Assembly: GCA_023136205.1 (NCBI GenBank)
Contig: JAGLRQ010000146.1
Span: forward strand, 1-8,304
Source of the DNA: Candidatus Auribacterota bacterium
GTDB lineage: Bacteria; Auribacterota; UBA6266
Reading direction: 5' to 3'
DNA: 8,304 nucleotides
This document shows positions 6,969-8,304 of the stretch, piece after piece (the stretch's first letter is position 1; each line of letters starts with the position of its first letter). A program made the position numbers and the translations under genes. Below the pieces are notes generated by a model. The model searched no databases. It was given only the letters and a program-made list of their open reading frames with translations, and had not been told where the DNA came from.

Positions 6969-7036
6969 AAGTCAGCGGGATAGCGCCTGCCGCACCCTTC
7001 GCCGCGCTCAGGGCTCCGGCACCTCATGAAAGTCAG
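6969..7036. other. GC-rich (about 77%) island of roughly 50 nt flanked by 7-bp direct repeats AAGTCAG
   Basis: AAGTCAG occurs at 6969-6975 and 7030-7036. The core CGGGATAGCGCCTGCCGCACCCTTCGCCGCGCTCAGGGCTCCGGCAC is 36/47 G+C by hand count, in a window that is otherwise about 35-40% GC. An imperfect hairpin is possible: GCCGCACCC...GGGCTCCGGC, as 4 bp, an internal loop, then 4 bp. Confidence 0.4.
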
Positions 7037-7098
7037 AATAACAACCTTTTTGTTCTTTGTGACAGAGAAGATTTGGGCCTATACTTGCCATATATTTC

Positions 7099-8235
7099 CT
7101 AAAAATACATCTGGAAAAGACACCCAATGGCATTTAGTATTTTATAAGGACGGGGCTTCTTCAAGCACAAAGGAAGTGCCCGAAGTATCTCTGCCCGCAA
7201 TAAACGAATTACCGGGGAAGATATCGAAAGCCGCCGAATTGTATCACAAAATTCAGGGAAGGCATATATGCTGCCAACTTTGTAGGTCCGGCTTCTGGTA
7301 ATCATGTCAACAATAACCGCCCGCTCCATATCAGAGAAAGGTGTAGAATCTGAAAGTGTCCCAAGTTTCTGAAGATCCTTCACGACCTCCTCTATCAACA
7401 ATTTGGAGGCCATTACTTCCAGCCGTTGAAGAAGAGCCTGGCGAGTTTTGTTTTCTAAATTGCTGCCGGGCGGCAGGAATTCGGACAGGGGAAGTTCCCT
7501 GTAGAGCCCGCGGAAGAAAATCTGATCATAGTGCAGCCATTTCTTTAACGCGAATCGCGAAAAAAATCGGTCTTTGAGATTACCACGAAGCCCTTTATGC
7601 TGGCGGTAATGAAACGTCGCCCCTCCACGCACTTGAATCCCTTTGAAGCCGCGAGCGAGCCTGACGGCCATATTATAGTCCTGAGAACGCAGAAGTTCAG
7701 AATCAAAATTGCCAACCTGTTTGTAGCAAGATGTGCGTACAAAAATGGCAGCTCCACCCAAAAAATTTGACTCTAACAGCGGGATAAGAAATCCCCTTTT
7801 TCTAATATCCGGGATTTTTGACTCCCTCAGCACCCTGCCGATTCTACCGTCTTTCGCACGGGTGGCACTATAAAAGAAGGTGCTATAACTGAAGCCATAT
7901 TCCGGATGTCCTTCGAGAGGTTCGACAAACCGCTCGAGAACATCCGGAAGCGCCACATCGTCATCATCAAAAATCCAAATGTATTCACCGGAAGTTCTTT
8001 CCAGGCCGTAATTGATTGCGCAGGATTTGCCTAACTGGCCAGTTTCAAAATACTCAACCGACTTCAGGTAATTCTCAATCACTTTTACAGTATGATCGGT
8101 GGATCCATCATTTATTACTATAATCTGGTGAGCTGGAAGTGTCTGGGCAGTAATGCTGTCCAGGCATTCCGCGAGATATTCGGCTCGGTTAAAAGTCGGA
8201 ATTATTACGGTAATTTTAGGATACGTTTGAGGCAT
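7099..8235 (-). CDS. Family 2 (GT-A fold) glycosyltransferase with a C-terminal extension of unknown function
   Basis: The motifs are KITVIIPTFNRAEYLAECLDSI, INDGSTDHT and an acidic DXD-type motif, WIFDDDDV, all classic GT2. The ORF track starts at 8244, but that codon is TTG. I prefer the first ATG at 8235 (MPQTYPKITVIIP). Neither start has a convincing SD, so the start remains uncertain. Roughly the last 160 residues match nothing I recognise. Confidence 0.9.
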   Translation of the reverse strand: MPQTYPKITVIIPTFNRAEYLAECLDSITAQTLPAHQIIVINDGSTDHTVKVIENYLKSVEYFETGQLGKSCAINYGLERTSGEYIWIFDDDDVALPDVLERFVEPLEGHPEYGFSYSTFFYSATRAKDGRIGRVLRESKIPDIRKRGFLIPLLESNFLGGAAIFVRTSCYKQVGNFDSELLRSQDYNMAVRLARGFKGIQVRGGATFHYRQHKGLRGNLKDRFFSRFALKKWLHYDQIFFRGLYRELPLSEFLPPGSNLENKTRQALLQRLEVMASKLLIEEVVKDLQKLGTLSDSTPFSDMERAVIVDMITRSRTYKVGSIYAFPEFCDTIRRLSISSPVIRLLRAEILRALPLCLKKPRPYKILNAIGCLFQMYF

Positions 8236-8304
8236 TTTAGACAAAGTCTTATTTATTGATATATCCTTTCAACAACGCCGGGAATACAGATTATCCTACA
8301 ATAT

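Noticed and set aside
6969-7036. Possible tRNA or tRNA-fragment att site in the GC-rich island (GCGGGATAGCGC resembles an acceptor/D-arm start)
   Set aside because: There is no T-loop (GGTTCGAATCC-like) on either strand, no cloverleaf can be drawn, and no integrase lies nearby.
7026-7757. ORFs 7026-7301 (+), 7356-7577 (+) and 7545-7757 (-) within the glycosyltransferase region
   Set aside because: They overlap a GT2 gene with clear motifs. Higher GC lengthens random ORFs. They have no RBS or recognisable domains.
8253-8304. Possible 3' end of another minus-strand gene upstream of the glycosyltransferase (open frame ...CRIICIPGVVERIYQ, stop at 8255-8253)
   Set aside because: Only 17 codons are visible, too few to call or assign. 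It is noted only because it would place the GT inside an operon.
1-8304. CRISPR arrays, IS elements or terminal inverted repeats, DGR or retron components, and defence-system genes
   Set aside because: I found no spaced identical direct repeats and no transposase, integrase, reverse transcriptase or nuclease-like ORFs in any frame. The only tandem repetition is the protein-level MORN-variant array.

Overview
This is an AT-rich bacterial chromosomal segment. Hand counts of sample 60-nt lines give roughly 30-45% GC. Almost all of it is transcribed on the minus strand.

Gene content in plus-strand coordinate order:
- 1-2641: a de novo purine cluster whose transcription order (minus strand) is purB-purS-purQ-purL. 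purL runs off the left edge and is missing from the supplied ORF track.
- 2773-3342: an orphan membrane-anchored 189-aa protein.
- 3374-4336: corA.
- 4440-5297: purU.
- 5351-5998: a secreted protein made of six MORN-variant (YwqK-like) repeats.
- 6011-6447: a 437-bp AT-rich gap. It holds a near-consensus sigma70 promoter aimed at a small hydrophobic ORF, the only plus-strand unit in the window.
- 6448-6852: a 134-aa uncharacterised protein with a strong RBS.
- 6853-7098: a 246-bp spacer containing a roughly 77% GC island.
- 7099-8235: a GT2 glycosyltransferase with visibly higher GC than the rest of the window.

I see no CRISPR array, IS or transposase, integrase, tRNA, rRNA, reverse transcriptase or recognisable defence gene. 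I cannot support a convincing novel multi-gene system. The least explained sequence is 6011-7098, together with the orphan genes at 2773-3342 and 6448-6852. All promoter and terminator calls are made by eye in AT-rich DNA and are low confidence.
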